NCBI GenBank assembly: GCA_951406725.2
Contig: OX597818.1
Coordinates: 103,788,001-103,852,000, forward strand
Direction: 5' to 3'
DNA length: 64,000 nucleotides
From: Octopus vulgaris
Taxonomy: Eukaryota
Numbering within the stretch: position 1 is the stretch's first letter; every line of letters begins with the position of its first letter. The translations under genes and the position numbers were made by a program. Below the pieces are notes generated by a model. The model made no database searches and had not been told where the DNA came from. It saw only the letters and a program-made list of their open reading frames with translations. This document shows, one piece after another, positions 1 through 12,829 of the stretch.

Positions 1-379
1 ATAATAACAATAATGGAAGTGGAAATAGTGTAAAAGAGAAAGCGAAAGTGCAAATACTGATGAAAATAAGTATATAAATAAATATAATGCAGACGACAAT
101 CTCTGATTTATTTCAAACCATGTTCTAGGAGGACTGAAGTCACAGTCAATATGCAAACAATGCTTCAGTGGCATTAGCGTGTGCATCTACAGTTAAATAC
201 AGACGAATATTTTTTTTATATATCATATATTTATATGTAAATTATATGTAACCGTATAATATCCATGCACGTATATATATATGATTTTATATGTGTATGT
301 TTGCATCTGTATATGTATATACATGCAGATATGCATGAATTATGTATGTTTGTAAATATTCATATTCAAGTGTATGTAT

Positions 380-478
<99 letters not shown>

Positions 479-787
479 GAGAGAGAGAGAGGGGACATCG
501 TATTCTCCCTACGATGGGAATTTTTGCATGTTCAACTATAATTATTAACAGTCGGTATGAATAAAATATATAAACCTATAAGTTCATCTATGAAATTATG
601 AACAGAATGTATCAAGGAACAGCTGTAATCTGGATGTTGACAACAAGCTGATTCATAGCAACTGAACAAATCTCCTTTAATATGACTCGGCGTCTTCTGA
701 CATTAGTGGCAGAATATGTGCATTTGCTGTATGTATCTTTCATATACGGTAACGCGATATTCAGAATTTTGGATCTTCTTTTTTTTA

Positions 788-992
788 ACTATCTTTTACT
801 TGCTTTTGTCTTTTTAGTCATTTCACTGCGGTTATCATGGGGCACCACATTAAAGTTTTTTAGACGAGCAAATCGTCTAGTATTTATTCCAACGGTTTCG
901 TTTGCCGAACCGCTAATTTATAGGAATGTAAACACATAACCACATTTTTCTAGCGGTGTTGGGACGGATAAATACAGACCCAGAGACACACA

Positions 993-1081
<89 letters not shown>

Positions 1082-1250
1082 GTGTGTGTGTGTATGTATG
1101 TGTGTATGTATATATATACGACGGGCTTCTTTCAGTTTCCGTCTACCAAAGCCACTGACGAGGCTTTGGTTGGCCTGAGGCAAAAGTGGGTGCAATCAAG
1201 TGGGACTGAAATTGGAACCATGTGGTTGAGAAGCAAGCTTCTTACCACCC
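788..1250 (-). mobile_element. SINE family A copy (tRNA-derived, CORE-like), diverged, with internal (TA)n expansion
   Basis: Reverse-complement match to the copies at 2950, 7463 and 45402 (ACGACGGGCTTCTTTCAGTTTCCGTCTACCAAA, GGAACCATGTGGTT, TTTGCCGAACCGCTAA). Confidence 0.85.
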
Positions 1251-2399
1251 TGTCACAGGGCAACAATTTTGAACATGATTTAGGCCGAGTCGGCTTTTTC
1301 ACTTGATTTAAACTAAAATCGGTATGCTGATTTCAAAATTACTGTCAGTTTTCTATCACGTCAAATCTTATTTTCTACAACGTTCTCGCGACTAATCACA
1401 GTGGTATTGTTTATCCATAATTAACAGTGTTGGTTATCTGCTTTCATTATTTAATTGATAAGTAGATTCCACACGTTCATCATGGATGATGTTATTTACA
1501 AAAAAATTAGGCCTGTTATGTAAACATGAGATGGTTAAAAGAAATGCGTATATATATACTTATATGTATATACTAATACATATTTAGACAAATGCATATA
1601 TACGTGGTTTCGTAACCACAAACCTACTTACACATGCGAGTGGGCAACAATTGTGAACATGTTTGTGCACTTGATTTAAAGCGATAAAATATGCTGATTT
1701 CAAAATTTCACTGTCATGCTTTTATATCGCGTCAAATCTTATTTTCTACAACGTTCTCGCGACATATATCACAGTGGTATTGTTTATCCATGAAATTAAT
1801 CAGTGTATGGTGTATCTGCTTTCATTATTTGAATTGATAAGTAGGATTCCACACGTTCATCATGGATGATGCTTATCCAAAATTCTGTATACCTCCTTTT
1901 CCTTAATATATAAAAACTGTACACAAATAGAAACAATATATGCAAGTACAGATAAGCAATAGTTGAGAGCCTCCCAGACTCTAGATTATTCATCCAGGAG
2001 TAGGTTCACTGTGTCAAGAGTGGCTATCACAAATATAAAAATACCTATATTTGTACAAATATATTTACATAGAACATCAAAAATATTTATTTACATAGAA
2101 CATCAAAAATATTATAGAAGACTACGTTAAAGAATACATAATTTCTTAACGCGACAGCTGTTTCAGAAAGGTCGGAATTACGTAACAATTGTGAAATTCA
2201 TATTTTGGAAATAGTGGGTTTCAGCTAAGAACGCAGCATATGTATCGCAGCATCGGACAGGTTGCTCCTATGAGCAAAAATATGGAAAGTGAAAGCATAT
2301 TTACTTCATAGCATACAGTAAATAAAATATGAGTCCAGGCACGTGGAAAATTCCCCATCACTGCTAGCTAGACTCGCCTGTATGAGTGTCATATGTTAT

Positions 2400-2885
2400 G
2401 TAAACTGGATTAACAGACTAGTGGAACATTGAGCCGTTGCGTATAAAGACAGAAATCTAAGAAAAATTAATGACACTGAAAGAACACGGGGAGAAATTCA
2501 GTCAAAATCACCGATCTCCAAAGCTACTGTGATGTCCTATTCGACCTGTGCTATAAATCTAAGTTGGATTCTTAGAAAACTGGAGCACGTTCACCAAATG
2601 ATTGTAGACAGGAGGAAAGGTGTAGGGAAAGGGTCAGACCTAGATGCTACACATGTGGTAGTAATAAGTACAAAGTAAACTACATCCCGTATGAAAGAGA
2701 ACAGTTAGGAACGTTCCTCAGAATCACAAATAGCATAAGAAGTAAAATATGAACAACCAGCGATCGGAGAATTTATCCTTACGAAAAATCCTAGACACGT
2801 TCATAGGTGAAGTATATCTTGAGCAGGCAAACTGAAGACCATTTGGAGTAATTCATCTGGGACACTGGTTTTCATTTAGATTAGT
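2400..2885 (+). pseudogene. Possible highly decayed Penelope-like GIY-YIG endonuclease relic
   Basis: Broken-frame peptides QTSGTLSR, RKILDTFI and DTGFHL resemble PLE endonuclease motifs (GQTxRxL..R, RKxLE..FI, NxDxG). A degenerate hammerhead half lies at 2150-2260. Many stops. Confidence 0.3.
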
Positions 2886-2949
2886 TATGAAAAACTGTTG
2901 GGTAGGGAATAGTTATTAAATAACTGGTGGGTAGAGAGATTTGTTTCAA

Positions 2950-3353
2950 GTAGTCGCTGTGTGGTAAGTAGCTCGCTTACCAACCACATGTTTCCGGGTT
3001 GAGTCCCACTGCGTGGAACCTTTGGCAAGTGTCTTCTACTATAGCCTCGAGCCGACGAAAGCCTTGTGAGTGGATTTGGTAGACGGAAACTGAAAGAAGC
3101 CCGTCGTATATATGTATATATATGTATGTATGTGTGCATATGTTTTTGTGTCTGTGTTCGTCCTCCCCAACCACACTTGACAACAAATGTTGATGTGTTT
3201 ACGTCCCCGTAACTTAGCGGTTCGGCAAAGATGCCGATAAAATAAGTACTAGGCTTGCAGAGAATAAGTCCTGGGGCCGATATGCTCGACTAAAGGCAGT
3301 GCTGCCGCATGGCCACAATCGAATGACTGAAGCAAGTAGAAGAGTAAAAGAGA
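2950..3353 (+). mobile_element. SINE family A, near full length
   Basis: tRNA-like head (GCTGTGTGGTAAG...GGGTTGAGTCCCAC), CORE-like CCTTTGGCAAGTGTCTT, internal microsatellite, tail GCATGGCCACAATCGAATGACTGAAGCAAGTAGAAGAG. Confidence 0.9.
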
Positions 3354-4454
3354 ATGTTATAAAATATATCTGGAACGTCATACCACCAGCCTGATTTAAA
3401 CAGTAAACTTTGCATACCCTGCCTTTGTGACCATCGAAGAAGTCAGCCTGGTTATTTTCACACTTCTATCGGGATTTTCTCAGCAAACTTGTACTAACCT
3501 TGACCGCACACCAAAACATACGGATTAATATATCAGAGATATGTTAATCAGTTATTAACAGCGGATCGAACAATATTCCATACGTGATAGCTATGACTGG
3601 CATTCGCCATCGATGAATTCCTCTTACAGGATTAAAATTATTCCGGAGAATCCCCGTATTTCTATGGAACAATTTAAATTAAATTAGAGGTTGTTTCTTT
3701 ATGAAACATTTTACACGGGCTTATTGCATGCAGTGTTGGTTAAGGCTATAAATAAGCTGTTCTTCTTAACTGATAAATCAGTGCTAACGGGTTTGCGTTT
3801 ATCACACTTATATATGTTCATCAAATTCATGAAGATATCTATATGATTTATTCCCATTTGTTCATATTATTTGCGTTGACTTTAAAAAACAAACAAAAAA
3901 AAAACAAGCGTTCAGCAAATATAGAAGCTATGTTCTCATAAAGGGGGCAATGAACTCAGATACTCCGTACTTAATTGATCGATCAGTTAGATGTAGCAGA
4001 CGAATCTACTCCAGATAACGCAATAAAAGCGCATAGAGTAATACGAAGGACACACTGTATAATATAAGCTAAATATGCTATAAAGAAAACAGAATGTTCG
4101 TGTTTGCAAGGTTTGGTTTTAGATATGATCGATCGGAGCTAAACACAAACAAGAACAAGCTTATGATAGTGGTAAATCTTGACATGAGAATTATTAATTA
4201 AATATTTAATTAATTATTTCATCAATCTAATCAGTTTGTTTACACATATTTCGTCCTCCGTCTCTCTAGATACATACACACATACACATGCAAACACACA
4301 CACACACGTATATATGTGTATGTGTGTGTCTGTTTGTGTGTGCGCCCGGGACCTACAAATGATGTGCATGCAAACATATAGCATTAAACAGACACTTACA
4401 TTATATTACACATACACACACATATTTATATACATACATACATACATACATACA

Positions 4455-4534
<80 letters not shown>

Positions 4535-4591
4535 CACGCATACAGAAAGAGAGAGAGAGAGGAAGAGAGATACACAAACATGAATACATAA

Positions 4592-4689
<98 letters not shown>

Positions 4690-4915
4690 AAATAATGATT
4701 GAAGCTGAGATTTTATGCATAATGTTTATTCCATAGTTTGCAATCGTTTCAAGAACTTGCAGTATCAAATCACACATCATGTAAATTTATACTTATTTTG
4801 TAATCTATGCTAGAAAGCAGCATCGCAAACATATCTGTGGAATAAATTGAATTTAATAATATTATATACACACATTGATAATTGTACATATACATACATT
4901 TGTTTGTGTGTATAA

Positions 4916-4974
<59 letters not shown>

Positions 4975-5065
4975 CCACGCACCTTCGTGTTGGGGGTCAT
5001 CTTTGTTATCTCCCCTACTTATTCGCTCTCGTGTGTGACCCTTCTGTCTGGCAGTCGCCATGATA

Positions 5066-5243
5066 GATTGTTAGCCACTACACACATTTTTTTCTCTCCT
5101 TGTTTCTTTCTGTGTTACTTTCGGTGGAAGTGCGTAGGCTCGAAACGTAAAAGACTTTTGCTATTCCTGAGCGTTAGAATAATACATCTGTTTGTTTAGT
5201 ACACCAACTGTCTTCGACTTTTGCTTTTTCGTAAACTCCCCCT
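5066..5243 (+). mobile_element. Family D short element with atypical hammerhead motif (5118-5153)
   Basis: Matches the copies at 18775, 47288, 59575 and 25290; ends at a CA/TA tract. Confidence 0.8.
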
Positions 5244-5247
5244 ACAT

Positions 5248-5299
<52 letters not shown>

Positions 5300-5939
5300 G
5301 TACACACACATACACACAGAGATAACGAGGGAGAAGACTCAGATGACAACTTGCTCTCACTTTATTTCATGTTACATATGTTTCAGTATCGTGTAATTAA
5401 GTAACATCGCACTATAATACTATAAGTGCAGTATATATAATCAAAACTGGGTAGTACTTGCGCAGGAGAGAACACGCAAAGAAACAATATAGTCACTATA
5501 AAACACACACGCACATACATTTATATATCATATCGCTCTTCCATATTTGCTATGATCTTTTGACATTTATGTTTTGTTAGCTTCAGTCATAATACGTAAG
5601 AAATGCTGGAGCTCCTTCTCGAAGTCTTTTCAAGTCTGTTACTTGTTCCATCGTTGTATTATATCGAAATTTTGAGATACGGAACGTAAGCAAACCAACG
5701 CCAATTGTCGAGAGATTATGAGGGAGAATTTATAAAACAAAAAACACAAACATTTGGGTAGAATGCTCATACACACGATAACACACCACTACCACAAACA
5801 AGCACAGACACAGGCGCGCTCACACACATATGAATGTATATATACAGGCACACACACACATCTCAGCCCATTCAAACTTACTTCATTCTCTCCAATTTTC
5901 TTTCCTTCGCTCTCCAACTCCAATACACAACTGATACTT

Positions 5940-6630
5940 AATCTATCGACCCCGAAAGGTTAAACCGCAAAGTCACCCTCGGCGGAATTTGAACTCAGAA
6001 CGTAAAGAGAAACGAAATACGGGTAAGCATTTCGCCCAGCGTGCTAACGAATCTGCCAGCTCACCTCCTTTAAAGTAATATTTCCTACTTAAGGCACAAA
6101 GCAAGAAATTTTGGCGAATGAGGCCAGTCGATTACATCGACCCCAGTATGCAACTGATACGTAATTTATTGACCCCGAAATGATGAAAGAAATGTCGCTC
6201 TCAGCGGAATTTGAACTCAGAACGTAAAGACAGACGAAATACCTATTTTTTTACTACCCACAATGGGCTAAACATAGAGAGGCCACACAAAGACAGACAC
6301 ACGGATTAAGTCGATTATATCGAATCCAGTGCGTAACTGGTACTTATTTAATTGACCCCGAAAGGATGGAAGGCAAAGTCGACCTTGGCGGAATTTGAAC
6401 TCAGTACGTAAAGACAGACGAAATACCTATTTTTTTACTACCCACAAGAGGCTAAACACAGAGGGGACAAACAAGGACAGACAAACGGATTAAGTCGATT
6501 ACATCGACCCCAGTGCGTAGTTGGTACTTATTTAATCGACACCGAAAGGATGAAAGGCAAAGTCGACCTCGGCGGAATTTGAACTCAAAACGTAGCGGCA
6601 GACGAAATACCGCTAAGCATTTCGCCCGAA
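5940..6630 (-). mobile_element. SINE family B tandem cluster (about 4 partial units)
   Basis: Repeated GACCCCGAAAGGATGAAAGGCAAAGTCGACCTCGGCGGAATTTGAACTCAGAACGT blocks; B-box-like GAGTTCAAATTCC on the minus strand. Confidence 0.9.
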
Positions 6631-7462
6631 GGTTGTTCGGCGAATGCTGTATACTCATACCTCGTCTTCGACGGGAAAATCTTTCATGCAGTTATGCTGC
6701 TTCCCCTACTATGTCAAAATTCTCATAAATGCTGACCCATATTTCAAGTCATAAAATAGATTCTATTACCATTTGCACGCATGTGTGTTTAAACAAAGCA
6801 CTGTACAACTTACTTCATATATGGTTATTTCCGTGAAAATTATTTTTCTTCTCCAATGAATAACACGTTTTTCATAGGACAGCATGCAGCAGCAGTTAAA
6901 ATTATATAAATGCAATTTTTAGTGCAATATCATATACCTAGACCTTGTTTATTTTGGTCTTCGTTAAAATCAGATTTCTACCTACGTTCTCTACCTGCAG
7001 GAATGAGCTAGTATTTCGCTTATTTCTAAGGCAAATTCTATAAAATCTAATTAAGATCGTTTGAATAAATTTCCCTTCGACGCAATTATCCTTTTGCTAA
7101 ATTGGAATGTGACGGATGCGTAAGTCTAAGCCGCATCATCGGAAAATGATTTAGTATCAGCACTTTGCGCATCCGATTAAGTATTAATGAGCATGCAGCT
7201 TGTCGAATTGGGGTTACTCCGAAGAAGGGAATAGGAAAATGTCTTAGATTAGCGACGTAACACAAATCAATCTTCAGAAAATCTGTTGTACCAACGCCAT
7301 CGATGTGTGAATTTCTCCACTGGAAGATTAATTGTGAGCAAGCCTGCATTTCTTGTGCATATAATAGTAACACACATGTTATATAGGTGCATGTTGTCAT
7401 AAGTAAAATCGAACGCCAAAATATGGTGTGCATAATTGATTTTCATAGTACTTAGTATTAAT

Positions 7463-7653
7463 AGGCGTAGGAGTGGCTGTGTGGCATAGGCGTAGAAGTG
7501 GCTGTGTTGTACGTAGCTTGCTTACGAACCACATTGTTCCCTGTTCAGTCCCTCTGCGAGGCACCTTGGGCAAGCGTCTTCTACCATAGCCTCGGGCCGA
7601 CCACAGCCTTGTGAGTGGATTTGGTAGATGGAAACTGAAAGAAGCCCGTCGTA

Positions 7654-7740
<87 letters not shown>

Positions 7741-7951
7741 TTGTGTGTCTTTGTCTATCACGCCAACATCGCTTGAAAACCGATGCTGGTGTGTTTACGT
7801 CCTCGTAACATAGCGGTTCGGCAAAAGTGACCGCTAGAATAAGTACTAGACTTACAAAGAATAAGTCCTGGGGTCGATTTGCTCGACTAAAAGGTGGTGC
7901 TCTAGCATGGCTACAGTCAAATGACTGAAACAAGTAAAAGAGTAAAAGAGT
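7463..7951 (+). mobile_element. SINE family A full-length, duplicated 5' 24 nt, internal (TA)n(TG)n
   Basis: Head AGGCGTAG(G/A)AGTGGCTGTGT occurs twice; GGCACCTTGGGCAAG; tail CAGTCAAATGACTGAAACAAGTAAAAGAGTAAAAGAG. Confidence 0.92.
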
Positions 7952-8762
7952 TACAGCAATACTGAAAAGCGCTGTGAGCCTATAGGCTAAAAGCAAGTTT
8001 GTTTGAGGTTAAGATCCCTGTAGCGCGGCGACGCAAATCCACCATATTATATAATGAGGTTGTATTACGATGTTCTGAAAGAAAAGAGCCGTAAAACATT
8101 TTTTTTTTTTCGTTTTTGCTAGTCTGTTAACAAGCAAAAGTGTGATACGATGTGATATTTTATAGTAACAGAGAGTTCAGTGACCGGTTTATTTCTTGCA
8201 ATGGCTTTGGATTACCGTAGCGTTATTAGTAGCTACTATACACCGCTCGCTATCGAGAGGTATCGGTGTCGCAAATTTGATTTGGGTAGAGAATTTTTCT
8301 TCCAAATAAAGGCCGTTTTAGAAGAACAACTTCTCTTTTACATGACGCATTCGCCGTCAGAATGATAGGATGTTGTGTGCTTCTGCAGACGATGGATAAT
8401 TGTTTCATTGATGGATTATCATTTAAGTAATATTAAATTTAAAAAATACAAATTGAAGTGCAAGCACAAATTGAAGTGCAAGCTCTTATGAATGGTTCCA
8501 CATAAATATGTCTTTATGGCTTAGTTCTTTTTATCATGAGTTAATCACTAAACACAAATATACATGTTTGTACGTGTGTTGTTTTGATATATGATCGTTT
8601 TAGTGTTTTGCCTTTGCGGGTATCTACCTTGAATGTATGATTTTTAGTATATATATACACATACATTTCTCTCTGTCTCAAAACATACATGCATACATAC
8701 ATATGTATATATATAAATGGAAATATAAATATAAATATATATATGTATATATATAAATGGAA

Positions 8763-8816
<54 letters not shown>

Positions 8817-9319
8817 TTATATTTCCATTTATATATATATATGTATGTATGAATGTATGTTTAGAGACAGAGAGAAATGTTTGCCGTATCTGTAAATTTC
8901 ATCAGCGTTTCTATAATTATTTACAGACGATGACGGATCAAATTGCAAACTGCAATCGTTATCCTGTAGAATTCTATAGATACATCTGAAAACAACTATG
9001 ATGGCGAATATAGTAATAAACCTACCCAAATGGAAAGGCAAGCACAAGTACGTACAAGTACACACGCATTCCAAAACGTACAAATACCATTAGATATATC
9101 ACATATTCTGAATATATTGTCTCCTAATTGTATGTTAGTAATTATGGCTGTAGAGTGGTTATACAAGTCGGTGTATAGTTGTATTGATCTGTGAATATAT
9201 AAAAGCATTCGTGTAATTTACGATATTTTATCGCTTTGTACGCACAAACACACAAGCACACACTCATGTGTATGTAGGTTTGTGGTTACGAAACCACGTA
9301 TATATGCATTTGTCTAAAT

Positions 9320-9328
9320 ATGTATATA

Positions 9329-9416
<88 letters not shown>

Positions 9417-9499
9417 CATATATATAAACACATATATACACACAGATACATATATAGGCATGCATACAAGTAAATATGCATATGTATATATATATATAT

Positions 9500-9594
<95 letters not shown>

Positions 9595-9894
9595 TGTCTT
9601 GTGTGTATGTGTGGGTGTATCTCTGAAACAGTACGGATACTGCTGTGGAGGAATGAACAGGTAATATTTTATATTTGCATACACGTAAATATTTCTGTCT
9701 CAATCTACCTAACCATTTACCTGTTGCGTAATTACCTACTTACCTACGTTGTATCTATCGACATTACTTATAACTCTCTCACAACATATATAGATAGATA
9801 TACACGTATATATATATATATATATGTAAATATATATATATATATATATATATATTTACATATATATGTATATATATATATTACGAATACATAC

Positions 9895-9925
<31 letters not shown>

Positions 9926-9953
9926 TGCATATATATACACATATACATATTCA

Positions 9954-9997
<44 letters not shown>

Positions 9998-10000
9998 TAT
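9320..10000. repeat. Compound (TA)n microsatellite region
   Basis: Direct inspection; explains the YIYI ORFs. Confidence 0.95.
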
Positions 10001-11489
10001 ATGTGTTCGTATAAAATAAACATCAAGATAGAGAGTGGAGGATGAGGGCGAAATCTCGCGAGAACGACCGAGAGAAAGAGCGTTGTGTCTGCGCAACTAC
10101 GAATATAAAGGAAAAAAGGGGAGGAAGATAGTAAGGTGTTCAAAATAGAAATACAAATTATTGATTAAATTGAAATACATCCGCTGAAGTAAATATAGAC
10201 ATGGTAATATACATGAATAGAGCAGAACATTCTATGAATAAGTATTCTCTCAGGTTTCAGTGGTGAATATATGTTTGAACATATTCACATACCTTTGATA
10301 AGGGGATGAATGTTTATTAACTCCGACCAATATATTTATATTAGTCTTCAAAGATTCATGCCGTCAATACAAACAGTAAATTGTTGATTTATTAGACCGA
10401 CTTGTCCGATCTTATTACAAATTCAAATTGACTTGTATTATGGCGTATATGTCGTTATGCGATGTCTCAGAATACAACTAAATTAATATGCATAACGTAT
10501 ATATATATATGCGTGTGTGTGTGAGAGAGTGTTTTGAATGATTGTATGTGTGTGAGTGCGTGTGTGTGAGAGTGTATGTATATACATATGTACATATGCA
10601 TGTATATGTTTGTGCCCAAGTATATATATATATATATATGCACACATTCTCACACATACATATATGCATGCTTGTACGTCTCTTTGCATGTACCTCAAAT
10701 ATATTCAAAAGAAAAAACACACACACACACACACACGAATATATATACATATATAAACACATGGATATCATGTGTCCTGTGGGTGGGTGTATGTGTATAT
10801 TTAACTACTATATTCAATATATGTCTCTAATATATAAATAAGTTTTGAGATATAAACGTATATTACTAGAGGCAGCGATATTTCCATTGGTCAAGCGTAT
10901 ATGCGTGCATAGTGCATATATATATACATATATATATATATTTACCTATGAATATTTAGTTGTTTATATACACTAACGTGCATATACGCACACACCTACA
11001 CACACTTGTACGCAAGTTTATCACTTTAGCCAATTCATGAGCTAACGTGCTGTAGCTGACTGATTAACAAGTGATTTATGAAAAATAAAATCAATGATAA
11101 TTTGCAGGGAATGTCAATGATTTCATGTCAGACGGCATGACTTTTTATGATAAGATTGTAATAAATACTTTTGGTGAGATTGTTATTGCCCTAAAGAGTC
11201 CGAACAATTTTAGAAGGTGACTTATCATAAACAGAAAAGACTACAAGAATTTCTGGCAGCCAGAAATATATGTTGGACTTCTGTGAATGATATTTTGTCG
11301 GTTGAGGAAGGCAATACTTAGGGCCTTGTGGAGAAGTCTTATTAGTCAACAGCGATTGTGCAACCTCACCGCATTGAAAATATCCAATAACTATTTCAAG
11401 AACTGTAAATTTTATTCGATATTCCGAATAACAAGCATTAAGAATCACCATTTTGTTCTGTCCACAGCAAAAAGTGAAAGACAAAGTTA

Positions 11490-11589
11490 NNNNNNNNNNN
11501 NNNNNNNNNNNNNNNNNNNNNNNNNNNNNNNNNNNNNNNNNNNNNNNNNNNNNNNNNNNNNNNNNNNNNNNNNNNNNNNNNNNNNNNNN
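11490..11589. other. Assembly gap (100 N)
   Basis: Run of N. Confidence 1.
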
Positions 11590-11823
11590 TACTTGTTTGT
11601 ATCCTCTGTGTTTAGCCCCTTGTGGGCAATAAAGAAATAAGGAACGTTAGCACTCCGGTATTTCGTATGTCTTTACGTTCTGAGTGCAAATTCCGGCGAG
11701 GTCGACTTTAATTTTCATCCTTTTGGTGTCGATAAATTACGTACCAGTTGCGTAGTGCGGTCGATCTAATCGAATGGCCCCGTCCACCAAAATTTCGGGC
11801 CTTGTGCCTAGAGTAGGAGAGAA
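11590..11823 (+). mobile_element. SINE family B (tail of one unit plus second unit with alternative tail)
   Basis: TTTAGCCCCTTGTGGGCAATAAAGAAATAA followed by ACGTTAGCAC...TACGTTCTGAGTGCAAATTCC...CCTTGTGCCTAGAGTAG. Confidence 0.85.
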
Positions 11824-12057
11824 TATATTTTATTGTTTGTGTGAAAGCTTCTATTTAAAATATACGTGGAACATGTCTACTTGTTTAGTTCGTTGTGTAT
11901 GTTATACAGACGTTGGAGGTGAAAGACAAACTGTGATTTGCACATGGATTTTGAAAATTATTATTCTTATTTACTAGTTTCATTTACATTCATTGTATCA
12001 CGGCGATCATAGATTATCCATGACTAGTTCAGTCGTTTATATTTACGGCAGTATTAA

Positions 12058-12535
12058 TTTTAGAAATATTACATTTCTAAATATTTCATAGAGATATGAG
12101 CGTTAGTGAAGCGATTGAGTGGTTGTATACTGTCAACGTAACGTGACAGTCCCGTAAAGGGAATCACACCACCGCTATTTAGCCCTAGGAAGCCTCGACG
12201 CTCATATCTCATGAGATATTTAGAAATTTAAAATTTCTAATTTTGGTGATCAGTGAATAGATTTCACTGAAAATATATATATTTGCGGAGGCTTGGCAAA
12301 CATCTCAACTAGCAGGCCTTACTACCCTAGACTGATGACGAGCAAGACTCAGAAATATGCATGTCTCTAGGTGCAGGCCCTAGCTAGTGGGGGTGCTTGT
12401 CTCCCCTTGGCAAATATAAGGACACAGGAAATGCGTCAAAGCCGACGGGAAGCGTCGATGCTTCCTAGGACTAAATAGCGGTGGTGTGATTCCCTTTACG
12501 GGACTGTCACGTTAAGTTGACAGTATCCAACCACA
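12058..12535. mobile_element. Family E palindromic non-autonomous element (Penelope pseudo-LTR-like) with hammerhead
   Basis: Inverted arms ~12120-12200 / 12452-12533 and 12059-12112 / 12198-12241; second copy at 54054-54426. Confidence 0.8.
12326..12371 (+). ncRNA. Minimal type I hammerhead ribozyme motif
   Basis: CCTAGA-CTGATGA-C-GAG(CAAGA)CTC-A-GAAA-TATGCAT-GTC-TCTAGG: 6-bp stem I, canonical core, GUC cleavage triplet at 12363-12365. Confidence 0.75.
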
Positions 12536-12829
12536 CTATTAATTTTATTATTCGTGAAAAATGCAGTTTAGAGCGAATCTGTTATATCGTGGAAAATCTC
12601 AATCAATTGTTCTGGTTTTACATCTTACATTATTGTAACAGAGCATGTTTAGATTTGTGAGCTGCATAAATCAGTAACAACATTTCATCTCAATCATCGA
12701 AAGCAGAGTATTCGTTGATAAGTGCTGTTTATGTGATCACATGATATAATGAACCGCATCCGGAAAGATATGAATTTAGAGAGACTACACAATAGCTTTC
12801 ATCTTCATGCAAATAACGATAAACGTCAC

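Noticed and set aside
55-130. CTGATGA hammerhead candidate
   Set aside because: CAAA instead of GAAA, a 2-bp stem I and AT-only pairing; expected by chance.
7397-7996. 199-aa ORF and similar recurring peptides (RRASFSF..., RKDERQSRPRRN...)
   Set aside because: Translations of SINE A/B copies.
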